From: Laetmonice hystrix
Lineage: Eukaryota
Reading direction: 5' to 3'
Assembly (NCBI GenBank): GCA_965235115.1
Contig: OZ249436.1
Span: 39,620,001-39,684,000, forward strand
Length of the DNA stretch: 64,000 nt
Shown piece after piece: positions 1-12,344 of this stretch. Numbering within the stretch: position 1 is the first letter of the stretch; each line of letters begins with the position of its first letter. The notes under the pieces were generated by a model. That model had not been told where the DNA came from. It ran no database searches and saw nothing but the letters and a program-made list of their open reading frames with translations. A program made the position numbers and the translations under genes.

Positions 1-1453
1 TGACGCTGGGACACTGGCCGATGGTGGGAGGTTGGGGTATTCTGTGGCTGTGGTATGGTGTGACGCTGGGACACTGGCCGATGGTGGGAGGTTGGGGTAT
101 GAGGTGGCTGTGGTATGGTGTGACGCTGGGACACTGGCCGATGGTGGGAGGTTGGGGTATTCTGTGGCTGTGGTATGGTGTGATGCTGGGACACTGGCCG
201 ATGGTGGGAGGTTGGGGTATTCTGTGGCTGTGGTATGGTGTGACGCTGGGACACTGGCCGATGGTGGGAGGTTGGGGTATTCTGTGGCTGTGGTATGGTG
301 TGACGCTGGGACACTGGCCGATGGTGGGAGGTTGGGGTATTCTGTGGCTGTGGTATGGTGTGACGCTGGGACACTGGCCGATGGTGGGAGGTTGGGGTAT
401 TCTGTGGCTGTGGTATGGTGTGACGCTGGGACACTAGCTGATGGTGGGAGGTTGGGGTATTCTGTGGCTGTGGTATTGTGTGACGCTGGGACACTGGCTG
501 ATGGTGGGAGGTTGGGGTATTCTGTGGCTGTGGTATGGTGTGACGCTAGGACACTGGCTGATGGTGGGAGGTTGGGGTATTCTGTGGCTGTGGTATGGTG
601 TGACGCTGGGACACTGGCCGATGGTGGGAGGTTGGGGTATTCTGTGGCTGTGGTATGGTGTGACGCTGGGACACTGGCCGATGGTGGGAGGTTGGGGTAT
701 TCTGTGGCTGTGGTATGGTGTGACGCTGGGACACTGGCCGATGGTGGGAGGTTGGGGTATTCTGTGGCTGTGGTATGGTGTGACGCTGGGACACTGGCCG
801 ATGGTGGGAGGTTGGGGTATTCTGTGGCTGTGGTATGGTGTGACGCTGGGACACTGGCCGATGGTGGGAGGTTGGGGTATTCTGTGGCTGTGGTATGGTG
901 TGACGCTGGGACACTGGCCGATGGTGGGAGGTTAGGGTATTCTGTGGCTGTGGTATGGTGTGACGCTGGGACACTGGCCGATGGTGGGAGGTTGGGGTAT
1001 TCTGTGGCTGTGGTATGGTGTGACGCTGGGACACTAGCTGATGGTGGGAGGTTGGGGTATTCTGTGGCTGTGGTATGGTGTGACGCTGGGACACTGGCTG
1101 ATGGTGGGAGGTTGGGGTATTCTGTGGCTGTGGTATGGTGTGACGCTGGGACACTGGCCGATGGTGGGAGGTTAGGGTATTCTGTGGCTGTGGTATGGTG
1201 TGACGCTGGGACACTAGCTGATGGTGGGAGGTTGGGGTATTCTGTGGCTGTGGTATGGTGTGACGCTGGGACACTAGCTGATGGTGGGAGGTTGGGGTAT
1301 TCTGTGGCTGTGGTATGGTGTGACGCTGGGACACTGGCTGATGGTGGGAGGTTGGGGTATTCTGTGGCTGTGGTATGGTGTGACGCTGGGACACTGGCCG
1401 ATGCTGGGAGGCTGGGGTATTCTGTGGCTGTGGTTTGGTGTGACGCTGGGACA
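1..1453. repeat. 60-bp G-rich minisatellite, ~24 copies, truncated by the window start
   Basis: Unit TGACGCTGGGACACTGGCCGATGGTGGGAGGTTGGGGTATTCTGTGGCTGTGGTATGGTG stays in register with the 60-nt lines and has few substitutions. Confidence 0.99.
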
Positions 1454-1871
1454 TTTGTTTTCAGTCGCAGGTTGCACTTCGAGTACATTTAAATTAATTG
1501 CATGTATCGGCGCCCTTTCTCTGCCTCAGAGTTTTTACATTTATTTAGGTATATCAGGTTTTTTTACATTCACATAACGATACTGATTATCAGCTAGAAT
1601 TGGACAGTGACTTAAAACCTTTGCACAGCGGGGTATGATTGGTATACTAAACAAAGAAGAAATTAAATGTCTCCTTGAGCATGTAGGTCATGTACCGTGT
1701 GCGTGTGCGGGGGTGGGGTTGCGGGTGTAGGGGTGTGGGTGTGCGCACTGACTGCTGTTAGTTGTTGAAGTATGTGCAAAACACTAATCTGGTAAATGTA
1801 TAGTGTATAAATAAAATGATATAATAATAATATGGCCACGGATAGAAAGGCCCTTCTACTACACAGAAACT

Positions 1872-2471
1872 CAGGGTTGGGTAAAAGGCAGCCTTAAACC
1901 TGTTTTAGGCACGGCACTTGCCATAAACTGCCATAAACTGCCTTAAAATGGTTAAAACCGCGCCCCAAACTGCCTTAAACTGCTTTCATCCTATCCAAAC
2001 AAATATGTTCAGCCTTTCATTGTATGTAGACACATTACCGGAAAGCCACCTTTTAGGTATTTAAAACTGTTAATGACTTTATTCAATACATGTAATTTAT
2101 TATTCACTAAATAAAATACATGTAGTAGAAAATAATCACAAGAAATGACATTCAAAAAAATATTTCTTCAAATACAGGACTCGTGAAACAATGACAACAG
2201 TGGTCTTTAAATTTTTATATTGTATTGTATTGTTGCCAATGTTGGTTTATTTTTATATTCTAGCTTGAAAAAACTTCTTTACACAATATAAGCTGTTGAT
2301 TATTCAGCTTTCACACTAAGTTTTCATCCATTGACAAATTATGTCTGCTAAAATAAGTTTAAGGCATTTTGTATATGCCTTAAACTGCCTTAAACCTGTT
2401 TACGGCAGGGCGGTTTTTACCGGTAAAAACCACCTGGTAAAAAGCACCCTGCCGTAAACTTGCCAAACCGG
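1872..2471. mobile_element. Decayed non-autonomous hAT-like element
   Basis: Left end CAGGGTTGGG; right end GCCAAACCGG (7/10 match to the reverse complement). Repeated AAACTGCC(T/A)TAAA subterminal motifs near both ends, an AT-rich core and a strong hairpin at 2399-2458. No intact TSD. Confidence 0.55.
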
Positions 2472-2837
2472 AGTCTACACTGAATGATTAATGTAATTAT
2501 ATTTAGTTTATAAAACGCTATACCGGATTGTCATTGTCAGGGATCCGGCCACCATTACGCCAATGATATCTGATAGGCAGGTTATTAAGCAGAGTGGATA
2601 TAGACGTATGGCTCACCCCTCTTGCCCATCCCTTCATACCGGCATAAGGCGTTACCTGACCGTGCAATCCGCTATGTATATCAGCGTCATGACGGTATAC
2701 AATGACGCGAAGACGTAGTTTGCTGCGAAAAACACATTCTATGTATAGATCTCCAGTTCATATTGAAAGGTCACTCACTATAAGATAGTAGAAGACAATG
2801 ACGCGAAGTAACAGCTTGTGGCGGCTACGAAGTTTAC

Positions 2838-2949
2838 CTGAGGGGGTGTTCCTCATCATGTCGTTAGCTTGTCGTATCGTTAACTCCAATGTATATTCAA
2901 TGGGGATTTTAACGCACGACGATAACGATAGATGAGGAACGCACCCCAG
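2838..2949. mobile_element. Small palindromic MITE (~110 bp)
   Basis: GGGGTGTTCCTCATCATGTCGTTA pairs with TAACGATAGATGAGGAACGCACCCC; inner arms GTTAA..CC / GG..TTAAC surround a CAATGTATATTCAATG centre. Confidence 0.65.
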
Positions 2950-3183
2950 CTGGTGTCATAATTCTATGCCTGATGTACCTCATATGTATTATTCTTCTGG
3001 GTATATAATGTAGCATGTTAGATACAACCATGAAGGTAGCCTATAATAACTTCATTTAGAAATGGTACACAAAAGTAATGAACTTTTCAGGCTGAAGGAG
3101 GGGGGGGGGGGCGCCGGGTGCGCCCCCCCTCGCCCGACACCTCACTCTCACCCGGCACCTCACCCAACAAACTACATTTTGCG

Positions 3184-5280
3184 TTGTCGGTTGAGGTGCC
3201 GGGTGAGGTGCTGGGTGGGGTGCCGGGTTAGTTGTCAGGTGCTGGGTGGGGTGAGGTGGGTTAGGTGTCAGGTGCTGGGTGGGGTGAGGTGGGTTAGGTG
3301 TCAGGTGCTGGGTGGGGTGCCGGGTTAGGTGTCAGGTGCTGGGTGGGGTGAGGTGGGTTAGGTGTCAGGTGCTGGGTGGGGTGAGGTGGGTTAGGTGTCA
3401 GGTGCTGGGTGGGGTGAGGTGGGTTAGGTGTCAGGTGCTGGGTGGGGTGCCGGGTTAGGTGTCAGATGCTGGGTGGGGTGAGGTGGGTTAGGTGTCAGGT
3501 GCTGGGTGGGGTGCCGGGTTAGGTGTCAGGTGCTGGGTGGGGTGAGGTGGGTTAGGTGTCAGGTGCTGGGTGGGGTGCCGGGTTAGTTGTCAGGTGCTGG
3601 GTGGGGTGCCGGGTTAGGTGTCAGATGCTGGGTGGGGTGAGGTGGGTTAGGTGTCAGGTGCTGGGTGGGGTGCCGGGTTAGGTGTCAGGTGCTGGGTGGG
3701 GTGAGGTGGGTTAAGTGTCAGGTGCTGGGTGGGGTGCCGGGTTAGTTGTCAGGTGCTGGGTGGGGTGAGGTGGGTTAGGTGTCAGGTGCTGGGTGGGGTG
3801 AGGTGGGTTAGGTGTCAGGTGCTGGGTGGGGTGAGGTGGGTTAGGTGTCAGGTGCTGGGTGGGGTGCCGGGTTAGGTGTCAGATGCTGGGTGGGGTGCCG
3901 GGTTAGGTGTCAGGTGCTGGGTGGGGTGCCGGGTTAGGTGTCAGATGCTGGGTGGGGTGAGGTGGGTTAGGTGTCAGGTGCTGGGTGGGGTGCCGGGTTA
4001 GGTGTCAGGTGCTGGGTGGGGTGAGGTGGGTTAGGTGTCAGGTGCTGGGTGGGGTGCCGGGTTAGGTGTCGGGTAGGGTGCCGGGTTAGGTGTCAGGTGC
4101 TGGGTGGGGTGCCGGGTTAGGTGTCGGGTGGGGTGCCGGGTTAGGTGTCAGGTGCTGGGTGGGGTGCCGGGTTAGGTGTCGGGTGGGGTGCCGGGTTAGG
4201 TGTCAGGTGGGGTGCCGGGCGAGGTGCTGGGTGGGGTGCCGGGTTAGGTGTCAGGTGGGGTGCGGGGCGGGGTGCTGGGTGGGGTGCCGGGTTAGGTGTC
4301 AGGTGGGGTGCCGGGCGAGGTGCTGGGTGGGGTGCCGGGTTAGGTGTCAGGTGGGGTGCGGGGCGGGGTGCTGGGTGGGGTGCCGGGTTAGGTGTCAGGT
4401 GGGGTGCCGGGTTAGGTGTCAGGTGGGGTGCGGGGGGAGGTGCTGGGTGGGGTGCCGGGTGGGGTGTCAGGTGCTGGGTGGGGTGCCGGGTTAGGTGTCA
4501 GGTGGGGTGCGGGGCGAGGTGCTGGGTGGGGTGCCGGGTGAGGTGCTGGGTGGGGTGCCGGGTTAGGTGTCAGGTGCTGGGTGGGATGCCGGGTGAGGTG
4601 TCAGGTGCTGGGTGGGGTGCCGGGTGAGGTGCTGGGTGGGGTGCCGGGTTAGGTGTCAGGTGCTGGGTGGGATGCCGGGTGAGGTGTCAGGTGCTGGGTG
4701 GGATGCCGGGTGAGGTGTCAGGTGCTAGGCGAGGTGTGGGGTGAGGTGCCGGGTGGGATGCCGGGTGGGGTGTGGGGTGAGGTGTTGGGTGGGATGCCGG
4801 GTGGGGTGTGGGGTGAGGTGTCGGGTGGGGTGTGGAGGGAGGTGCTGGGTGGGGTGCCGGGTGAGGTGTCGGGTGCTGGGTGGGGTGCCGGGTGAGGTGT
4901 CAGGTGCTGGGCGAGGTGTGGGGTGAAGTGCTGGGTGGGATGCCGGGTGGGGTGTGGGGTGAGGTGTTGGGTGGGGTGTCGGGTGGGGTGTGGAGTGAGG
5001 TGTTGGGTGAGGTGTCGGGTGAGGTGTTGGGTGGGGTGTCGGGTGAGGTGTTGGGTGGGGTGCCGGGTGGGGGGTGGGGTGAGGTGTTGGGTGAGGTGTC
5101 GGGCGAGGTGCTGGGTGGGGTGTCGGGTGGGGTGTGGGGTGAGGTGTTGGGTGGGGTGTCGGGTGGGGTGAGGTGTTGGGTGGGGTGCCGGGTGGGGTGC
5201 CGGGTGGGGTGTGGGGTGAGGTGTTGGGTGAGGTGTCGGGTGAGGTGTTGGGTGGGGTGTCGGGTGAGGTGTCTAGGGGT
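3184..5280. repeat. Degenerate G-rich satellite of ~11-bp subunits (GGGTGGGGTGC / GGGTTAGGTGT / GGGTGAGGTGT), mostly as 33-bp trimers
   Basis: GGTGCTGGGTGGGGTG(AGGT|CC)GGGTTAGGTGTCA repeats over ~3237-4070, then grades into shuffled 11-mers. Confidence 0.97.
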
Positions 5281-6673
5281 GAGATGTTATAATGATGTAT
5301 TACATTTTGCGGCCCTACACCTCCAATTAACCATGTGAGCTGCACTGATATTTCTCAAACGTTATACGATATGAGCCCAGCGGTTTTAGAATAGGGATTA
5401 AATTTCCTGAAAGGGGGCAATAGTTCCTTCAGAAACATTGTTAGGAAAGAGTAGGATATCGAACATATTAAAACTGGGGGAAAACTCAATATTTGATACA
5501 ATGTTACAAGAGTATATGTAGGTCGCTTGCACGGTCTGATTTGAAGATTTCCAAACTGTAGTTTTAATTAGACAAAATCTCATTAATGGCGATTCCTTGA
5601 GATATCGCGAGGCGTCGCACTTCTCACTTTTTGCGAGCATGTTGAGTGCGCACTTCCTTTGTACAATTTTCTATCCATTATTACCTAATTACCTAATATT
5701 GTGGCCGCTATCGCGTCTAGCTAGTAAGTCACCATTGCCTCAATTTTGTAATAAGTAAATAATTTTAGAAGCGCCCTTCTTTTGTTTGAACCTCAGGGGC
5801 ATCCTACCTGGCAAAGTAAGCAAGCAAGATACGGATGTTCAGACCGAGTCCGTATTAACAGTACCTGTATGTCAGTTGGCAGCACACCCACAGCGCTAGT
5901 AACAAAAACAATACTTTCACAGGCTTCAGCAGTTGCCTTTCTCCCAGGATAGATATGAACATGTCAAATGTTAGGAATCTCTGCCTTTTTGTCTTGTTCC
6001 TGGTACAATACATCTCCAATATTTCTAACATACATTAGGTAGCTATTTCAAAATTGACTTTTAACATGAGTATTATCATTTTACATTTGCTTCCGTTATC
6101 TATTTTAAGTTTATGGTTTGACAGCGAGCGGTATTTACAGAAACAGTAATAAAAAACATACATCGCATGGCTTTCATCAGAACCATAATGTAATTTTAGA
6201 ATATTGTAACAGCGTTACTGTTGAGATAGACAGACCAACTTCCCCTCCCCCACGCCACCCGACAAACAACCTAGTCGGTTTTATACAAGATGAGCTGTGA
6301 GACATGTAGTACATACCTTATTCGTGTCGTAATAATTATAAAGATTGCCTGGCGGGTATGATTTGGGGTCTTATACTTAGTCCGGTTGGATATAATAAAC
6401 ATGAACCATTCTAACCACAAGAGTCGCTTATATAATCATTTTAATCTGGCTGAATTGTCAGTAGTATTATGCAGTGGCAGGGCTCCCAACAACGCATTGA
6501 AAGACTGGCGTCTCCGCTTTGCGATCCTTTTCTGGCAGGGGGACGGGGTTTCCTGTGTGGCACTGCTATCAAAATTTGATAACGGAGTTATCCATTCACC
6601 CACCACCCTCATTTGGGGGCGGGCAAAAATGTCCCTCATACCTTTAATGAGGAGACATCCCCGGACCCTTCTA

Positions 6674-6917
6674 CAGTGATCTGTAAAAACCTAGCAAGTC
6701 CACTTTGCCTCATTTTGAGAAAACTGGGACAAACGAACCGTTCCTCCCATTGAAGTGCATGCAAACGCCAGGATTTTCCAGGTCAATAACTATGAATTGC
6801 GTAAAGTTCTGATCACTTGTATAGGACTATATGATAGGGCAAAACCTAATAAGTCCCAAAATGAGACTAACTCAAATTGGACAAAAACTCGACTTACTAG
6901 GTTTTTCCAAATCACTG
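6674..6917. mobile_element. Tc1/mariner-type MITE (244 bp)
   Basis: 27-bp TIR: CAGTGATCTGTAAAAACCTAGCAAGTC vs reverse complement of the right end CAGTGATTTGGAAAAACCTAGTAAGTC (3 mismatches). TA on both sides (6672-6673, 6918-6919). Confidence 0.88.
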
Positions 6918-7296
6918 TAGCCCTTTCCTGTGCCACTGATAAGGAGCAGGATATAGGTGTGCGGGAGGGACGAGGCTTCATCTAAGTACGACGTTAGTCC
7001 AGATTGGCGATGAGAATTCAGCTATCGAGGCATGATTCATGATTATCACTCTACAATTATTGCGCCGATGCCACTAACAATGACAGTTTGACTGAGCATT
7101 GGGAATGGAGTGCATGGGCAGGTGTGCCAGTCATCTGTCCTGGCGTCTGTAATGTATAGTGACGTCATCAGTGATATATTGCGTGAAAACCAAATTATCC
7201 AGGCGGTAATAATAATTCACTCCACACCAGTGTGTTTATGTATTTGATGGTGTCTCTTTCTCCTTTGTCAATAAGTTATTGGGCTACATCGAAAAG

Positions 7297-7640
7297 TAGG
7301 GCGTGAGATTAACGCTAGCTAACGATCAAGTTGCTACCTAATTTGCTAGTGGAAAGATTGCTAGTAGAAAGCTGTGCTACTCAAACTTTTTCTCGTATTT
7401 TCCTTCTAAATATTACAGGTATATCCAACATGGCCTGTAAGACGAGTTGAATTACAAATTTAGATGTTTATTGACTGAATTGTATAAAGAATACCAGATA
7501 CAACTTACATTAAGTGCATTTAAAATTCACCTATACCATGTACATTTGTGTATTTTTTCTGCGTATCCCAGTTCCTAGTTGAACATTTCTGTGACTGGCA
7601 GAACTTTGCCGGTGGATCAAAACGTTAAATTCGAGACCTG
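7297..7640. mobile_element. Decayed hAT-like MITE
   Basis: Left TAGGGCGTGAGATTAACG vs reverse complement of the right end CAGGTCTCGAATTTAACG (12/18). Repeated TTGCTA(G/C) subterminal motifs. No TSD visible. Confidence 0.4.
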
Positions 7641-10395
7641 AAAAATCATGTATAGAAATGAATCATTATTACTTCTTTGAAGAGATACTTGTACCCTTGT
7701 TTGTTCACCTTGTCCAAGGAGTGACGTCGACGGAGAAGATTTTCAGTTGGGAAAGGAGCGTTGATTGACAGTGCCGTGCCATGGCAGGGGAATGGTTGCG
7801 CGTAGTCGTAGCTACAGCTCCGTGAAGAGACCTATAATGATACAGCTTTAACAAAGTGGCTGATGAGGCATGGCAGGGAGATGGTAAATGCGAGCGAGAA
7901 CACAGGGCCTCTCCCGGGGGGCCCCGCCAGAGAGAGAAAGTGAGAGAGAGAAAAAAACGCACTATCACTAGTCATCGCCCCCTTTGTGGTGCTTAGCTGA
8001 AAGGGAGGAGCCCCCTTGCTCCTTTATTAATACTCTTGTTTGATCTCCAATGACATGCCATATCTGTCCAGAAAGACTTGATTTTCGTGCCGCATCGGCA
8101 CCACGAGAAGGCTGATTGTCCCTGTTTGTGGCCTGTAGGTCCGTACTTTCTCACAGCGCCGATAATCAGAATGTCCAAGCCGTTAAGTCGACCCGGAGGA
8201 TCCATGCCTTTGTGTGGGCCTATATGACTATTACCTCGAGAAAGACGTGCCCTAAGTCGTCCTTCTGTTGATCTGACCTTTCCTTCCAGGCGGAATAGCC
8301 CCCATCAGGCCTCTTCAGCCGGTGTCACTTTCATTATTGTTATATTTAGCAGCTCAGGTTGAAGTTGCCGAATGTGTTGGTCGCATGATTCAGTGCAGTC
8401 AACTCCCGCTTGCCGGTAACCAATGCCTGCAGTAAATGCTTTGAGCTGCACTGACCAGCGAGCCTGATGCAGCTGTTTACGACGACACCGGAGAAATTAT
8501 GGCCATTTACCTCTTTTCTTGCTGTTTTTATCCCAGGTGGCAGATGTTTTGATGACAAAAGGGGAGGTGTGTTTAGGTATAGTTTCAGCAACGCCCAGGA
8601 GGCCAGGCTGTGGGTGGAGGAAGAGGCACCGGCAGCCCGCAGCATTTAAACTGGGGTTAGCAACTAACTGTTAATTTGACAGAATCGTTACGTATCGCAT
8701 GACCTTTTTGGAAGCTTTTCTAGTTTGGTGATTATTAAATCAATTTTGTTGGTTTGTCTATTTGGAGACAGGAAAATATGCCACCTTTCCTTATAGTGGT
8801 GCGTTACAAGCCATAAAGAACCAGATTAAATGATTAATCCTAACTCAGTGCCAGACTTCGTATCACAGCCAACATTTGTGAAGACAAAAGCCAAACCACA
8901 CAAGAAGTTGAAAAGGTCTTTTTCATTTTAATCGTGGCAAGTGATTCATCATGGCAAACGTTACGCCACCAATGAAGAACGCTCTGCCAATAACGATGCC
9001 TCACCTATGACATGTTCGCATCGACAAATGCCGTTTTCTTGTAGAACTCGCGTGATATTCGCTACAACAGTAGCCCATTCCCTGAAACCATGTTTTCGGA
9101 GAGCCAATGTAAGTGAGGCAAAGAGATTAATTGTTTGGTTCATCCCTACGACCTCCCAGTTCGTCACTGAGCTTATGTTAGTATTATTGGGGCATTAGTT
9201 ATGTTATTGGGAAAATTTTGCAATTTTCTAGCACTGGCCCCAATCATATTGAGCTGCCCTGCAATTGAATAATATGATTCCAAGGGGTTTGCTCGGTGGA
9301 AGTGACGAGTCCGGGACCTGAGCTGCTTAACTCCTCGGACTGAAGGCGCGGTTCATTACTTGATGTAATAAGAGACGGAGGGGTCAGGTTGGAGCCATGT
9401 TATCCTGCATTGTCTCGTGACGAATGTCGCTTGATCTACTTGGCCACCGGTCGGCCCTATGTGATGGCTTACCAATGTGTTGGCCTCGGCCAGCTGGCCT
9501 GTTGAACGGCAGGAAATTGGTCTTGACAACCTCAAGTTGCTACAGGGACTGATTGGGCGGTGGCATTCGGCGCTGCCCAACGAAGGCTTTTAGTCATTTA
9601 TCATCGTCTTTTTAACTGATCGGAAAGGATACTCCCCTCTTCCCTCTCCCTATTTAACACTCGATATTAGGGCACTTTTTAGGCCATTTGGATACTTTAT
9701 AGATGGCTGTGGATAACTATATGATTTCATATGCTTGCCTTATTGTGCGGGACAAGAGAGGCAAGAAAGAAACGTTAGTGACGGGGCCATTGGCGGTGTT
9801 TGCTGGCAGGCGACCAGCACTGATGACTGGCTGTGCTGTGTCAGGCAAAAGGGGGAAACGCAGGCTGCAATAACTGTGACAGGCATCTGGCGGCCACTGG
9901 AGTCAGAGCCTCTAATTGTGGCTGGGTATCCTGCTGGTCGGGCTACCCTGAAGGACGAATTGATTTTCCACAACACCCACGCTGTCAGGGAAGGCAGGCG
10001 GCGTGAAAGCCTTTTATTGTCTTAAGAGTCCAAAACAGTTCAAATGACTTGATGCTGAAGGCAGATTCCAGCGTATCTGTGATCTTGTTAGAGCAGAGAT
10101 TGTGCTACTGGAATATGGAATGTTTTCACCCGAGTGTCACTCAGCTGAGCGCCTCTCTCCAGCCTCAAAGACTCATTTCTTTGTCTAAATCAGTGATGGT
10201 AATGTTAGGTTAAATACTGGCAGTCTGAACAGGATCATCAATCGCAGTTCTGTGTTCAGTTAGAGAGATCTAAGCCGTTTATAGTCGCTCGGCATGAAGG
10301 CTATTCGGACTCGGCTCTTTGAAATACCTGCTAATAGATACAGAAAGGGCACATTTGAAAAGAATGGCCAGGAGATGTGGTGTGATAGTGCTAAG

Positions 10396-10807
10396 CTGAC
10401 AACACTATACTAACAATAGTGTACTGACAATACTATACTGACAATACTATACTGACAATACTATACTGACAATACTATACTGACAATACTATACTGACAA
10501 TACTATATACTGACAAGACTATAGTGACAATACTATAGTGACAATACTATACTGACAAGACTATACTGACAAGACTATAACAACAATACTATAGTGACTA
10601 CTATAGTGACAATACTATAATGACAATACTATACTGACAATACTATAATGACAATACTATGACAATACTATACTGACAATACTATACTGACAAGACTATA
10701 CTGACAATACTATACTGACAAGACTATACTGACAATACTATACTGACAATACTATACTGACAAGACTGTTATGGCAAGACTATACTGACAATACTCTACT
10801 GACTATA
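10396..10807. repeat. 14-bp minisatellite (ACTGACAATACTAT)n, ~29 copies
   Basis: Direct tandem repetition with AAG/AAT and ACT/AGT variants and small indels. Confidence 0.97.
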
Positions 10808-10958
10808 ATACAGTTTTTCATTAAGGTCCATTTGTAGGTACGTCGACGTAAAAAAAAACTTTATGTGGAGAGTGAATGAAGTGTAAGCGTGTGTTGTAAC
10901 CAGTTAAACTGATCGCCTCCGAGAGAATACTATTACTAGTATTAGTACTTAAGTGTTA

Positions 10959-11010
10959 GTCAAATCACAACGAGGTAGTGGGTAGTCAAATCACAACGAG
11001 GTAGTGGGTA
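10959..11010. repeat. Perfect 26-bp tandem duplication
   Basis: GTCAAATCACAACGAGGTAGTGGGTA occurs twice back to back. Confidence 0.93.
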
Positions 11011-12344
11011 GGCGATTGGTGTTTCGGCTGAAAACACACATGTGTATTTTATAGTTCCAGTTACGTGTAATCAGGTGAAAGAAGTACACAGAACCGGTTT
11101 TAGTGAAAACTTTATCATTTCCCCACGGGTAGCTTTGACAAGATAGCGTAAGGTAATTCATCTTTTTATAAATGTGGGGTGTAGATACACATGTAATGTT
11201 TAACTTTACAAGTCGATGACCTCGCAAATAAAAGAAAGTCCCAAATGAAGCAAAATATAGGATCTGTTTCTATTTGTACCATTATGAGACAAAACTTAAT
11301 ACATGTACACTGATTAGAGCTAACAGCCTTCTGATTGGCTGGCCTAAGCAGACCAACCAATTAGATTACTTAAGTAAGCTTTACTCAAGTTGAGAGCTTT
11401 TGAAAAACTGGTCCCAGGATAAAGTTATGCACTCCCAGTAGAGAAATAAAACACAATGAACAAATTCAGATTACATCTTCAGCACTCCATAACGCTTACA
11501 TTCAGTTCATATCCTCAAGGCTTGTTTTTTTTATTTCTGGAATACTTAGAAGTGAAGACCATATGACAATGGTAATATTACGGGCACAGTGTACAAAGTG
11601 ATAGACTGAACAGCTGTACGGTGGTAATGTTACATGTACAATAGTATTATTAGGTGATGAGACGATTAACTGCGAAAACGAAACGGGAACGCTTCAAATA
11701 TGAACATCAACGAACCCTTATGACTCGCCACCAGACGAAAAATAAGCTCTATTTTCCAGCTTTGCTATGGATGTGAAAGTTTTCATATCCCTATCAATAT
11801 AGCATATCTCTGTCATAAAACGATTTAGTTGGTTATACTCAGTTATAGTATAGACCAATTTACACCCAGTGTGACCGCTCATTTTGAAAGCGGATCACAT
11901 CAGGTTTCTGGTTGGTGTGTTGTGGCGATAAGAATCGCTTTGATTAACATGCTTTAATTGTAGGCTTCTTTCTCCAGACTCTACAACCCAGATGGTCAGC
12001 CTACTACCGGATCTCTTTCTACAAACTCCATGTCAATATTAAACCACTCTCTGGCCGTGTGTGTAAGCAATAATAGCGGTAATGATATCTGGAATATACT
12101 GTTTGAGAAAGAGAGGGTGCTGAGGGGGCAGTGGGACTGAGTGCTGATGAAAGGCAGACCCGTACGGTATGAGGCACTTGTAAAAGTACAGACGAGGCAC
12201 AGATGTACTTATGACGGGAAGATCACAGTCGGGGAGCAAAGTTGGCTAGCAGAACGAACAGTGATCATAACGTGATCCAACATCGTGATCAAAGATGGTG
12301 GGGTCTAGTCGGCAGGCTGTCTGTAGGCTGCTGCTGATTCACTG

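Noticed and set aside
21..1577. Long ORFs up to 486 aa at the window start
   Set aside because: They are translations of the 60-bp array; several frames and both strands are open because the unit is a multiple of 3 with few stops.
4090..5345. Gly/Cys/Arg- and Pro/His/Thr-rich ORFs
   Set aside because: Low-complexity read-through of the G-rich satellite.
8861..8883. miR-2-like 5' sequence TATCACAGCCA
   Set aside because: No complementary arm nearby, and the 3' half does not match.
10972..11020. let-7-like GAGGTAGT(G)GGT
   Set aside because: Only a short match, with no precursor hairpin; it sits in a local duplication.
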